A DNA stretch of 56,251 nucleotides, counting the filler, from Fonticula-like sp. SCN 57-25 (taxonomy: Eukaryota): NCBI GenBank assembly GCA_001724245.1. It is 2 parts of 2 records of this genome, joined end to end, with 100 filler letters (N's around TTAATTAATTAA, not from the genome) between each part and the next. Parts side by side here need not be neighbours in the genome. Positions count along the whole stretch, not along the records: positions 1 to 28,124 come from MEDX01000052.1; 1 more part is not named here. One strand, 5' to 3'. The notes beneath the pieces were generated by a model that was not told the origin of the DNA, did no database searches, and saw only the letters and a program-made list of their open reading frames with translations. Within the stretch, counting starts at the first letter, position 1. Each line of letters begins with the position of its first letter. This document shows positions 16,431 through 28,224 of this stretch, in pieces. A program made the position numbers and the translations under genes.

Positions 16431-18994
16431 ATGGGCCGCCACAATCACAAGCGTCGCCGGCCGAACCCGGAGGGCAAGGAGCCGCGCCCGGCTGCCGAGG
16501 TCGATGGTGAGGAGGGCGAGAAGCGCGGCTGGTCCAACATCATCCCCGAGAACGAGATGTTCTTCAAGTACTACAAGGAGGTGAACCCGCTCGCCGCCGA
16601 CAACTGGGACGAGCTGTACGCGCACCTCAAGGAGCCCCTGCCGTCGACGTTCCGCCTCTCTGGCACCCCGCGGTTCGTCTCCCTCACTCTCTATGACCGC
16701 TTTGTCTGCTTGCTGACTCGTGCCCCCCAGCGAGAGCGCCTACCTGCGCGATCTGCTCAAGAGCCGGTTCTTCTCGCACATGCAGGACACTGTCGTGGCC
16801 GGCCGCACGATCCCGCCGCCGACCTCTGTGCCGTGGTTCCCCGAGGAGCGCGTCTGGCAGACGAGCGCGTCCCGCCGCGACATTCGCAATGACGAGTACT
16901 TTGGCGAGTTCCACAAGCTGCTCGTCCAAGAGTCTGACGAAGGCAATGTGATGCGCCAGGAGCTTGTGAGCATGATCCCTCCGCTTCTCCTCGACGTCCA
17001 GCCCGGCCAGCGCGTGCTCGACATGTGCGCTGCCCCCGGCTCCAAGACTGCGCAGCTGATTGAGGCGCTCCACGGCGACGAGCAGCGCGGCATCCCCGCC
17101 GGCCTCGTTGTCGCCAACGACGTTGACACGCGCCGCTGCTACATGCTTGTCCACCAGACGAAGCGCCTTCAGTCGCCGTGCTGCGTCGTGACCAACCACG
17201 ACGCGACCGTCTTCCCTCAGCTGCATGTGTTTGAGGAAGGCAGTGACTCCAAGACTGTGCCGCTCCAGTTTGACCGCGTGCTCTGCGACGCTCCGTGCAG
17301 CGGCGACGGCACGATCCGCAAGAACCCGATGATCTGGCGCTCGTGGACGCCCAACAATGGCATGTCGCTCCACCGTACGCAGATCAAGATCGCGTACCGC
17401 GGCCTGCAGCTGCTGCGCGTCGGCGGCCGCCTCGTCTACTCGACGTGCTCGTTCAACCCCGTCGAGAACGAGGCCGTCGTCGCGTCGCTCATGACCATGT
17501 GCAAGGGCGCCATCCGCCTCGTCGACGTCAGCCACGAGCTGCCGCTCCTCAAGCGCGAGCCGGGCTGGACCAACTGGAAGATTTTCTACAAGAACGGCGA
17601 GGTGTACTCGCAGTTTGCCGACGTGCCCGAGAACGTCCGCGGCGTTGTGTACGAGAGCATGTTCCCGCCGACGGCCGAGGCTGTCGCCGCCGCCGACATG
17701 GACCTCTCGCGCTGCGTCCGCATCCTGCCGCACGCGCAGAACACGGGCGGCTTTTTCATCGCCGTCTTTGAAAAGGTTGCTGGTATCGGCGCCGTCGACC
17801 GCCAGGTGGCGCGCGCCGCCGCCGCCGCCAGCGAGGAGACTACCGAGGCCGCCGCGGCCACAACCGAGACGGACGCCCCCGCCACGGACGCCGCCGCCGC
17901 TCCCGGCCCAGTGTACGACCACTGGTTTTACCATATTATCTCCATACTCACGCAACAATTTTCAGACGTCTTGCAAATAACAACCCGCGCAAGAAGCCGC
18001 GCCCGCAGCATAAGGAGGACCCGTACATGCTTGTCGACAAGAACGGCGCCGAGATCGCGTCGATCCAAAAGTTTTACCAGCTCAACGACTTTCCGTACGA
18101 GCAGCTCGTGACGCGCTCCGAGAACGAGAAGCGTCGCAGCATGGCTGTCATCTCAAAGGACGTGTACGATATTTTCCGCTGCGACAGCGAGCAGCTCCGC
18201 GTACGCCAAACAAAATTTTTGATATCATTTCTGACGCAGTTTGAACGAAACTAGATTGTGAATATGGGCGTGCGGCTGTTTATGCGCCACGACGCGCCCG
18301 GCACGCACACGCTGTTCCGCATCATGCAGGACGGCCTCGAGTACCTGCATGGCCTCGAGGGCCGCACCGCCGTCGCCATCGGGCGGGAAGACCTCATCAA
18401 CCTGCTCGGCGACGACCCGGTGCCGTTCGAGAAGACCGCCGTCAAGTCGCTTCTCGAGGCGACCAGTACGAGCGGTGGTTGGTTTGTGAGTGGTGCTAAT
18501 GGGATGTGATAGGCTACGGATGCTGCATCTTTACATTTGACCTGCGCGACGCCAAGGGGTGCGTCTTGATTTAATTATTTGTGTCTGGATATGATGATTG
18601 GCGTGTGTGTGGATGTGATTCCCTTTGCTCTACATATATGTCTATCTGCATCTATATCTAATATCTTTCTTCTATCTCTATCTTTGTCTCTCTACTCACA
18701 CTTATTCTTCCCTTCAGTGACCTTGTGACGTCGTATGCGCTCAGTGGATGGCGCGGCAAGACGTCCGCGCATCTTCTCGTGAACAAGCGCGAGCGCCAGT
18801 CGCTGCTCTGGCGCGTCGACCCCGACTCGGCGAGCAAGCAGGTGCGCGAGCTCATCAAGGCCGAGCAGGAGAAGAAGGCCGAGGCGCGCGCGGCGCACAC
18901 GGCGGGGTCCGCCACCGATGCCGCCGCCGCCGGTGATGCCGCCGAGGAGGCGGGGTCTGCGTCCGAGGCGGACGAGGCGCAGGCCGAGGAGTGA
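16431..18994 (+). CDS. NSUN2: tRNA cytosine-C5 methyltransferase NSUN2/Trm4/NCL1, multi-exon
   Basis: RQELVSMIPPLLLDV, VLDMCAAPGSKTAQL, FDRVLCDAPCSGDGT, LVYSTCSFNPVENEAVV, RILPHAQNTGGFFIAVF. Confidence 0.96.
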
Positions 18995-19405
18995 AAAGCG
19001 ATTCTCTTTTAATTTGTGCCATTTTGATTTCATAAACAGAAACATTCGTATTCATTATCATTATGCGATAACAAGCAAGCACAATGGCGATGATCACTGC
19101 ATGAAAAAGTATGCCACAAAAGTTGGAATATGGCACAGCAAATGGTATCAAAACATGATAATATGGAAACCCACAGGCATAACTATAACACAGCTCAAAG
19201 TATGTACATGATTAAATGCTTATGCAATGGTGTCTACACCATGTCTACACCGGCAGGCGGTCTTGAGGAGCGTCGCTCAATGTGGATAGGTCGATTACGT
19301 ATTCGTCATCGCGGAGGACGGCTAGCGGGATGGCGGCAAGCCAGAGCTGCAGCAAAAGCGAGATTATTGAGTTGAAGCACAGAAAGGCCGGTCCAGACAC
19401 AGTTC

Positions 19406-19815
19406 CTATCCGGTCATCGACGTGAGCGAGTGGAATCCACGAGTCAACACCGAGTGCGTACGCTCGCCGACAAACACAAGGAAGAGATCCGGCACTGGCT
19501 CCATTAATACTTGCGAGAGTATTAACAAAACATTAATGACAAGTACCGTCGATATTGACCATGTCGTCGGCTTCTTTCCCGAACCCTGGAGACATGCTGT
19601 TAGTACTGAGCGGCCGCGGAGCCAAGCCGCGCACCGCCATGAGCATGCACACGAATCGCCCAATGACACCGGCTAGGCTGTTGTCGAGCAGGCATATGTA
19701 CGCCATCTGGATGTAGCACGCGTACTTGACTATGCCTGTGTACATCTCCATGACCGAGTCTACGGCCCTGGGCCTGTCCAGCCCTATGATCATGGTGGCC
19801 GCCTGGTGCATCATG
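19406..19815 (-). CDS. Possible small spliced hypothetical gene
   Basis: Open frame MMHQAATMIIGLDRPRAVDSVMEMYTGIVKYACYIQMAYICLLDNSLAG followed by an intron-like GTGCG...TACTAAC...CAG segment; no recognisable domain and 3' end uncertain. Confidence 0.25.
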
Positions 19816-20218
19816 GTGCTGGTGCCCGCCGACGGCTGATTGTGCCTGATTCTTCTGATCCAAATCAGTCGCAATTTGCTGACACCGCTCGCCCCTGATT
19901 CCGGGGCGAATTATTGCAAAGCCGGAACGCGATTGGCCGAGCCGCCTGCCACGCAAAGGAGGAAATTTCGGCAATTCACTCACACATAGGCCTGGGCGGT
20001 CAGTGGTTCGGCGACTCCGATCCTTTTCCGTGCGTTGACACCATCCGTCGCCGCGCGCTGCTAACCGGCGCCGTCGCTAGGTGAAAGCACTGTTGTTTGC
20101 TCCGGTTTAGCTCCGGGGTTCTTGTCGTCGGGGGGGTTGATTCTCGTCCCCCTTTTAGGTCGGGCGTTTCTGCTTTGTTTGAGGGGTGGAAAGTAGTCGA
20201 GGTGGAAAGGAAGGGAGC

Positions 20219-20787
20219 ATGATGTCGAGCCAGAGGAAAAGCGGGGGCGGCGCGAGGGGCGCCAGTGGCTCCTCAAAGCGCAAGAGCGCTGCGTCGTCGG
20301 GTTTGGCAAGGGCCGACGCGGGGCACGGCCTGCAGGAGGAGATGGCGCGGTATGACGTCGGCGGATCTGCGCAGGACGGCATGGACAGCGTCCAGGACGC
20401 GATGACTACCCCGACGGTACGCGTGCCTATTCAAACCTTTTTTCCTTGTTTGTTTTCCCGTTGCCTCGTGTGGGCTTACACGTGCGCGCCCCGGTGCAGA
20501 TCGACTTTGACAAGCTGGACATCGCCGCGCTCAAGCGGTACAAGGGGCACTACAACCTCCGCGTCAAGCACAATGCCACAAAGAGCGAGCTCGCTGCTGC
20601 CATCGCGCGCCACTTTGAGAACCACGCGGTCGAGGAGCTCGAGACGATCACCTACTTTTTGTACACTGTGAGGAATAACGGTACGTCATCCCTCGTGCAA
20701 CGTGGTGTGGGGTGGTGATGGTGGCTGACCTGATGGGTGCGCATCGCAGAGCGAATGGTCAAGGGCAAGGACGCCAAGCGCTCGTGA
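20219..20787 (+). CDS. SAP30: SAP30-like Sin3/HDAC complex subunit (Sin3-binding domain), 3 exons
   Basis: IDFDKLDIAALKRYKGHYNL..ATKSELAAAIARHF..VEELETITYFLYTVRN matches the SAP30 C-terminal Sin3-binding domain; no zinc finger seen. Confidence 0.85.
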
Positions 20788-21107
20788 CCGTCAAGCATGT
20801 ATTCTTAATGGGAGTGCAATGTCTTTTGTGCGTTTGTTGCGGTCCCGGCCAGAGGCGAGAGGCGCCTTTGGTCTCTTTCGGTTTCACGGAGGAACGTGTT
20901 GGTTGTACATGTCGGCCTTTTATATGTCAGTTTTCTTTATTCTCTTCAAATATATGAACAATAGTAATATTTTGTCATTATGGTACACAGGCCAAGCATG
21001 GTTTCTTCGCCGGGCATGCCCGCCGCCTCTAACGATCCCCGCACTCCATGGGCCATCCGCCGGATCACCCCAAAAAAATTCCGCCGCCAATTCACGCGCG
21101 CGCTCGA

Positions 21108-21574
21108 CTACTGAAGCCGCGGCTTCTTTGCCTCGCTACGCAGCTCGTAGAGCTGCCCCACCTGCTCGTCCGTCAGGCCACGCGACAGCGCCGGGTCAAT
21201 GACCTTGCCGAGCTTGCGGGCCCGCGTCTGAGAACATCATCCAAAGCAAAAGCAAGCCACGTCAGTAAAAGCAACAACAAAAATGACTTGCGCACATCAA
21301 CCTGCTGCTGGATCACCTGCGCGTACTCGCGCCATCCCTGCATGAAGGCCGGAATAAACTCTGGCTTGGCAGTGCTGTGGCTGTCGACGACGCCACGAGG
21401 TCAGTCACCAGGCCACAAAATACAACACCACCACCATAAATGACAAGCCGTGTACCGCTTAAACTCGTCGCGCGCGTACGCACTGCCAAGAATGCGAAAC
21501 TCTTCCGGCAGGAGCCGGTGCAGCCGCTGGATCTGCCGGAACAGCCGCAGCGCCTCCTCGTTGCGCACAGACAT
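21108..21574 (-). CDS. SDHAF3: Succinate dehydrogenase assembly factor 3 (ACN9/Sdh7, LYR family), 3 exons
   Basis: LRLFRQIQRLHRLLPEEFRILGSAYARDEFKR|H...FMQGWREYAQ...LGKVID..LTDEQVGQLYELR; stop TAG at 21108-21110. Confidence 0.9.
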
Positions 21575-21654
21575 GGCGATCACGTGATTTAGCGTGAATT
21601 TCCGCATCATTACGGTAACGTTACCGCGGTGTTCGTGTGTGGAGGGCGGCCGCC

Positions 21655-24569
21655 ATGACGAACGAGTCGGAGCTCAACAAGGCGACCAACACGTATCTGT
21701 CGCGGCGCCAAGTTAGGCCGTCGGAGAACGCGCGCGGAGACACATCGCTCGACGAAGCCGTCTTTAGCGTACGCGTTGCAGCTCGTTTCCGCGCAGAAAA
21801 TGGTGTCTTACGATGGCGCGCTAGACGAACGCCGACGCCGATGCGAGCGCGTCGTTTGTCACAGCGCAGGGCAACGGGAGGTTACATGACCCTACCACCT
21901 TTGTCGAGCAGTATCGCGCGCTGAGCAATTGGGTCAGCGCGTCGCTAGATCTCTACAAGGTCCGTCGCGTGTTGGACGTGGGCATGGCAACTAATCACTT
22001 TTGCAGCCCGAGCTCCGCGCGGTCCTGTTCCCGCTCTACGTGCACTCGTACCTCGACATTTTCCAGCAGAATGCCGACAAAGGTACGAATGTATGTTGCC
22101 TTCCTCCTTGTGCTCATTTGCTGCTTTAGGCCGCGAGTTCCTCGAGCGGTTCGAGGGCGATCACATTGAAAAGCACGCGGCCGAGATTCAAAAGCTTAAG
22201 GCGATCTCTGCTGCGCAGTTTAGGGAAAACGATCTAGTAAAAGCGATTCTGGCGAGCAGATACAATGTAAAGCTCTGCTCCTTTTCGTACGAGCTGCTCG
22301 TCTTTTTCCTCCACGACAATGGCTACTCGCTCATGATGAGCCTCATCACCAACCACCTCAACATCCAGAGTGCGCATCCCTCATAAATCGTGCAAAATTT
22401 CCCTTTTAACGCTCCTTTTCAGCGCATCCCGGCCGGCCAAGCATAAAGGTGGACGAAGAGTCGTCGTTCCTGAGCATGGGCCCCGGCATGAGCGTCGGCG
22501 AAAAGGCGCTCGTCCCCGTCCTCTGGGGCGCCATCGAGCCCGACATTGACGTACGCACATTCAATATTGCCAATTTCGCCATTTTGTGGCACATTTCGTG
22601 TTGTCTTGTGCCACATTGCACTCATTTGACGTCATTTATGCATAATTTTTGATGCTATTCTTGCATTTCTCCTTTCATTTCTCTGACACTTTTCCCTTCA
22701 GGCACCCGTCGAAGGCGCCACGAAGCGCAAGGCCAAGGCCGACGAGCCCGGCGCGCACGTCCCCCCCCCCGACCGCATCCCCAAACCCAAGCCGCGCGAC
22801 GAAGAAATCCAAGCCGACCTGAACGCCCTCAAGGAAATGCGCCAGCGCATCCACATTGGCCCGTCTGCGCTGCCGTCCATCTGCTGCTACACCTTCCACA
22901 ACACAAACGACACGCTGTCGTCGCTGACCATTTCTGACGACTCGTCGCTCATGTGCGCGGGCTTTTCAGAGTCGCACATGAGCATGCACAACCTGCGCGG
23001 GGTGCGTTTTTGGGGCCTGTGGGCGGTTAGAACTGACGTTGTTGATTGTAGGAGACGTTCAAGGCGATGAAGGCGCCGAATGAGTTGCCGACAATCTTGC
23101 AAATGGACGCAAAGGAAGGTGCGAAATTTACTTTTATTGAATTGGATAATGTGGAAAATAGTTGTAAATGACAATATTTTTGGTTCTCTTGTGAATTGCC
23201 TGTGTTTATACCTACCTTCTCTTGTGATTTTCCCATCCTTCTTACACACTTTCTTACCTATTCCTGTACATCTTTCTCACTTATTTCTTGCCCAGTTGCT
23301 TCTCTTGACCGCTTCATGGAAGACTCTGGCCGCTCCGAGCGCCGCCTCATCGGCCACGCCGGCCCCGTCTACTCGACCTCCATCAGCCGCGAGAACCAGT
23401 TCCTCCTCTCTGCCTCTGAGGACGCCACCGGTACATACTTAACATTACTTATCCACGTGGCCCACTGACGTCATCAATAGTGCGCATGTGGTCGCTTCAG
23501 ACGTGGTCGAATTTGGTTGCGTACAAGGGGCACAACTCGCCCGTATGGGACGTTCAGTTTGCGCCGATTGGGTTTTACTTTGCCACCGCGTCACATGACC
23601 GCACGGCGAGGCTGTGGTCATGTGATCATATTACGCCGCTGCGCATCTTTGCGGGGCACCACAGCGACGTCAACGTGCGTGGAACGAATTTATTATGGTT
23701 ATTTTGCTGACATTTCGACCCATTGGATGTTTAATTTTGCTTTTTTTGTTTGTAATTTTCTTTTTTCTTGCTTGTTTTTGCCTTGTTTACCTTTCTTTTT
23801 CGCCTATTTTTGCTTGTTTTCCTTCTATTTTTGCCCACTTTCCCTTTCATTTCCACTCTTTTTTCTCCCCCTTTCTGCCCTTCCCTTCACCAGGTCGTGC
23901 GCTTCCACCCCAACTCCAACTACATTGCCACCGGCTCCTCCGACAACAGCGTTCGCCTCTGGGACGTCCAGTCCGGCAACACTGTCCGCGTCTTCCCCGG
24001 CCACACTGGCGCCGTCCACGCGCTCGCCTTTTCCCCCGACGGCCGCTCGCTCGCCTCCGCCGGCGAGGACGGCGTCGTCATGCACTGGGACATTTCGTCC
24101 GGCAAGCGCATCAAGCGGCTGGCGGGGCACCGCGGGTGTGTCCAGTCGCTCAGCTTTTCGGTGGATAATGCAATGCTGGCGTCGGGTGCGATGGATAATA
24201 CGGTGAGGCTGTGGGATGTGCACCGCTCGGGTGTGCGCGAGGACAAGCCGGCTGAAGAGTACGTTTTTGATGTTTTTTTAAGCTTTTTTGAGGTTTTTTT
24301 TGATGCTTTTTTGATGCTTTTTTGATGGTGTTTGATGCAATTTTGATGCATTTGTGATGCATTTTGATACTTTTTTATACCTGTTTGATACTTTTTGATG
24401 CAATTTTGATGCTTTTTTCTTTTTGCTGACAACTCTGCACAGTGGGTCAAAGACGGAAGTGTCGGCGGATTTGCTGGGGACGTTTACGACAAAGGCGATG
24501 CCGGTGCAGCTCGTGCACTTTACGCATCGCAATATTCTGCTTGCGGGTGGGGCGTACAGCGGAATCTGA
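21655..24569 (+). CDS. TAF5: TFIID subunit TAF5 (NTD2 plus WD40 repeats), multi-exon
   Basis: [108 protein letters not shown]. Confidence 0.93.
24265..24420 (+). repeat. Degenerate ~11-nt minisatellite (TTTTGATGC-like) in the last TAF5 intron
   Basis: About a dozen imperfect TTTGAT(G/A)C units in tandem. Confidence 0.7.
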
Positions 24570-24874
24570 AAAGGCGTTTCTTTTTGTCTCGTGATGTTGC
24601 TTGTTGTACATGTCGGTGCTTTCGATGAATAAAAGCACGTTGATCTGATGAGGAAATTTTGATTAAAGTACATTTATTGCAAATGAACATGGTGAAAATG
24701 GACACTTGACTGCACTTTAATGCGTATCTGGGTACATTTACAGCCATTAATATTCAGTATTGCATGTCGACAAGTCCCAAAAGCTTTGTTTCATTGGTCA
24801 GACTACGTGCATTTGATCCATCAGAATTACTCTCATTAGATTATGCATGCACATTACATTACAACTACACTTTG

Positions 24875-26224
24875 TTATAATGAAGCAGGGCTTGCGAGGT
24901 TTGACGGCACCTGCGGCGTCGCGAGCAGGTGCGCAAACCTCGCCCACCACGCCTCCCTATCCCCCGCCAGCGGCGCGAGGTAGTCCCTCACCATATCCTG
25001 CCCCACATTGTAGTTGATGACGTACGCGCGGTACGCCCTGATAAACTTTAGCCGCTGCGCCGCCCTTTCCGGCGCCATCAGCGCGTACTTGCACAGCCAC
25101 TCGAGCGCCTTTTCCTCGCTGAGCGACCCGTCCATGACGCCACGTGCGACCTCGTTTCCCGCGTACGACAGCTGCTGCGCCTTTTCCTCCACGAGGTAGT
25201 ACGTGTGCGCGTCGGCGGCGTCCAGGCCGGCCAGCGGGAAGAGCACGGTGGACTCGAAGGCGACGCGCTCTTGGACGGTCGGGAAGACCATGCCGATGCC
25301 GTAGTTGGCGGTGCCTTCGGCGATCAGCGACTGGGGGGAGAAGAGGGGGTAGATGCCGAATTCGACAAAGCCGCGATCGACGACGAGCTTTTCTTCCAAG
25401 AGGCAGTTGAACACATGGTGGCCGGGGTAGCCTGCGGGGAGGCAAAGAGGGGTTTGGGTGAGCAGATGCGTGAGGAAAAGAGGGGCGCACCTTCGTGGGC
25501 GGCGAGATCGACGGCGCGGTCAATGTAGATCGGGAGATCAGTGTTGACCTCGATCACAGAGTGGAAGCTGCCTTTGTACCAGTTGTAGCCGCTCCAGGGC
25601 TTGTCAGTGACATATCTAATATCAAAGCTCTCTTGGGCGGGGAGCTTTGTCCAGCATCAGCATGCATGCACGTTTGATAGCCAAGCGTACCGAGATGTGA
25701 GCCTTGGTGCGCGATCGCGACTCTTCGATGGCCGCGCGGAAGACGGCGTCCAGGCGGTCCACAGGGATGACAAACTGGCTCTTAAAGGCAGCGTACCGCT
25801 CGGTGAGAGGCGCAGTGCCGCGGCCGGGGATCAGCTCGTCCACCTGATCGACCAGGCGCTGAAAGTGCGCCTCGTCAAACCGAGGGGGGGTCGCATCGTA
25901 CAGTTTGGACGCTTCCTCGTCGAACGAAAGAGGCACTGCGCCGGGCGATAGCATGAGCGCATACGTGCGAATGGCGACAAGCTGCTTCTTGAGGAAGAGG
26001 CGCCGAAGTACATTGATGGGATCCGCCGCCTCGTCGGCAGTCAGCTCGGGCATTGACGCCAGGACATTGCCGGCTCGGTCCGCAATTTCCGGAAGGCTCG
26101 GGAGAGGATTGCTGCCCAGGATGCTCACCGCGGGGCCATAAAGGGCGTCAATGTAGCCGTCCGAGTGCGCGCCGAGATCGCGGACAAGCACGACGTACTC
26201 GCGCGCTGTGGCATCGAGCGACAT
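24875..26224 (-). CDS. Bacterial-type DUF885-like putative zinc metalloprotein, 3 exons
   Basis: GYIDALYGP, YVTDKPWSGYNWYKG, EVNTDLP, AAHE|GYPGHHV, SPQSLIAEGTANYG, YRAYVINYNVG; two short GT-AG introns (about 25688-25622 and 25490-25432). Confidence 0.8.
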
Positions 26225-26741
26225 GTCGCTGGTCGTATTTGATTACGTCACTCTGAGGGCTACGTGGCAAAAAAGGTTGCTGTCGGTGATGAGCGGCCGC
26301 CGTCGGCTCGTTTTGTGGGTGTTTTGCGCTTTTGTTGTGCAGGGGAAACGTTCAAGGGCAAACAAATTCATTGCAGGATGAAATTGGAATAATTGAATTC
26401 GTAGTAAAAACACAGTGACAAACGGGCATGCCAATCGATCCGTCAAACGAGGAGCGGAAGCAACCTTGCTACAATGCAATAAAAGAAAGAGGAACAGGGC
26501 GAATCAAGCAGGCCCACGCACAAATACGCGCGAGTGAGCAGGACACAAGTACACTACAGGGGAGGTCGACAGGAAAACAGACGGTGGTGATGTTACATCA
26601 ACTAGAGGGTGACATCGGGCGTGCAGACGCATTGCCCAGACAGATGAGAATATATACACGAATGCCAATAAGCAAATGAGAGGAAACAGGCAGGCAGCAT
26701 GTCTGCGGCGGTAATCCCACGAAACAGGCCTTGCGTCGTCA

Positions 26742-27104
26742 TCAGCTCCGACGCTGGGTTGTTGACGAGCGTTTCGAAAGGGCGACGAGGACGGGCGACA
26801 TTTCGATCCAGACCTGGACGAGGCAGTACAGCCAGAACGCGGCGGCCATAAGGCCCAGCACAATGAACGTCGGCGGGCTGCTGCAGATGGCCGGCAGCTG
26901 CGCGTTCAGCATATTTGGCTTGTTCCACGACATCTTGCCGAGCCCGTCAGCAAGGTCGATGGTCTCGCCGGTGAGCGATGCCTGGTGGAGCCACCGCGTC
27001 GATGCCGCGGCGCTCTCCGCAAATTGATCATGGTGGCTCGTGCTAAGGTACGTCGCCGTACATACAACGACGAGCACAAGGGCTGCGTCCGACAGCGCTG
27101 GCAT
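26742..27104 (-). CDS. Hypothetical small membrane protein
   Basis: ORF with an N-terminal hydrophobic stretch (AALVLVVVCTA) and a second TM-like segment (TFIVLGLMAAAFWLYCLVQVWI); no recognisable family. Confidence 0.35.
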   Translation of the reverse strand: MPALSDAALVLVVVCTATYLSTSHHDQFAESAAASTRWLHQASLTGETIDLADGLGKMSWNKPNMLNAQLPAICSSPPTFIVLGLMAAAFWLYCLVQVWIEMSPVLVALSKRSSTTQRRS

Positions 27105-27391
27105 TGTCTCGCTACTCAAGTGCAAAACGCGGCGAACAACGGTAAACAAAGATTCGTTGGCGGGCAAACGGCAGTCCGACCAACACAATCGACTTGATCA
27201 AGGGGCACAAACGCTGTGCTGGGGGGCGGTATACACGTCAACTCGCTATCAGCGGGAATGCGTGTGTTGCGTCAAAGGGGGCCGCGGGGGGCAAACTCAC
27301 AGGTTCGCGCCGTCGGGGACCGAAGCTGGGGGGAGTGAGAGGGCGGAGAGGCGGTTAAAACGCGTTCCATTCGTTCGGACGGCGAGTTTTG

Positions 27392-27473
27392 ATTGGTCGG
27401 TCTGGTCTGTATACCTGTTTCCAGATTAGGACTACCTGGAAGGTGACGTCAGTGAAGCACGGCGCGCACCAAT
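27392..27473. promoter_or_regulatory. Promoter-like cluster: ATTGG, TGACGTCA, CCAAT
   Basis: ATTGG 27392-27396, TGACGTCA 27444-27451 and CCAAT 27469-27473 between divergent genes. Confidence 0.4.
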
Positions 27474-27939
27474 CAGGAGCGAGGATCGAAGGTGGTTAAC
27501 CCGGAGAGTGGCGCGAAAGGTGGCCGGCGGGTGTTTTACACAACCGGCAGCGTAGGGCATGAGGGCGCGGTGAGGTGGGAGGAAGGGTGGAGGGAGGAGC
27601 AAGGTGGGTGGTTGCTGCTAGCGTAGTCGTGGTAAACAAAGTCGAGCAGATCCCTTTTTGGAGTGCCAAGCATCGTCGCTACATATATGGCGTGCAACAT
27701 CATGATCCACTCTCTTTGTCACCACCATTCCCTTGTTTACATTCTTTATGATGTGTATTATACCACGTTGCCACAGCTGTGCCGCAGTTTGCATTCAGTA
27801 TCCTGCACTGTGCGCCTTTCTTTTACATGCACAAAGAGCAAAACAGGTCGCCGTCGGCAGCCGACATATGCCCCGAAATCTGGGGTACAGTTTGGGGTTG
27901 AATCCGCTCATCATTCGGTGACGCGCATAACAAGAGACG

Positions 27940-28124
27940 ATGTCGCGAGCAGCGGCCCTGCTGATCGCAGCGGTGCTCTCCGTAGCATCGCTGCCGTCCG
28001 CAGCTTCCGAGCAACAAGACATGCTTACAGGATATATCATTGCGCACTCTCACTGCGATGCGGGGTGGCGCGTTACGATTGAAGAGTACTATGAGACGAG
28101 CGTGCGCTCCATTCTGACGTCGAC
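27940..28124 (+). CDS. GH38 alpha-mannosidase, N-terminal fragment cut by the contig end
   Basis: Signal peptide followed by IIAHSHCDAGWRVTIEEYY..VRSILTS (GH38 HSHxDxGW zinc motif). Confidence 0.88.
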
Positions 28125-28224
28125 NNNNNNNNNNNNNNNNNNNNNNNNNNNNNNNNNNNNNNNNNNNNTTAATTAATTAANNNNNNNNNNNNNNNNNNNN
28201 NNNNNNNNNNNNNNNNNNNNNNNN
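28125..28224. other. Artificial contig-joining spacer (44 N + TTAATTAATTAA + 44 N)
   Basis: Symmetric N runs around a 12-mer giving stops in all six frames; intron-rich eukaryotic DNA on the left and intronless phage DNA on the right. Confidence 0.98.

Noticed and set aside
27428-27439. AGGACTACCTGG in the eukaryotic half is the exact reverse complement of the phage 12-bp repeat CCAGGTAGTCCT
   Set aside because: A single 12-mer found post hoc with no extended flanking similarity; best explained by chance.
28125-28224. Phage integrated in a eukaryotic chromosome
   Set aside because: The junction is a synthetic N plus TTAATTAATTAA spacer; there is no evidence of physical linkage.
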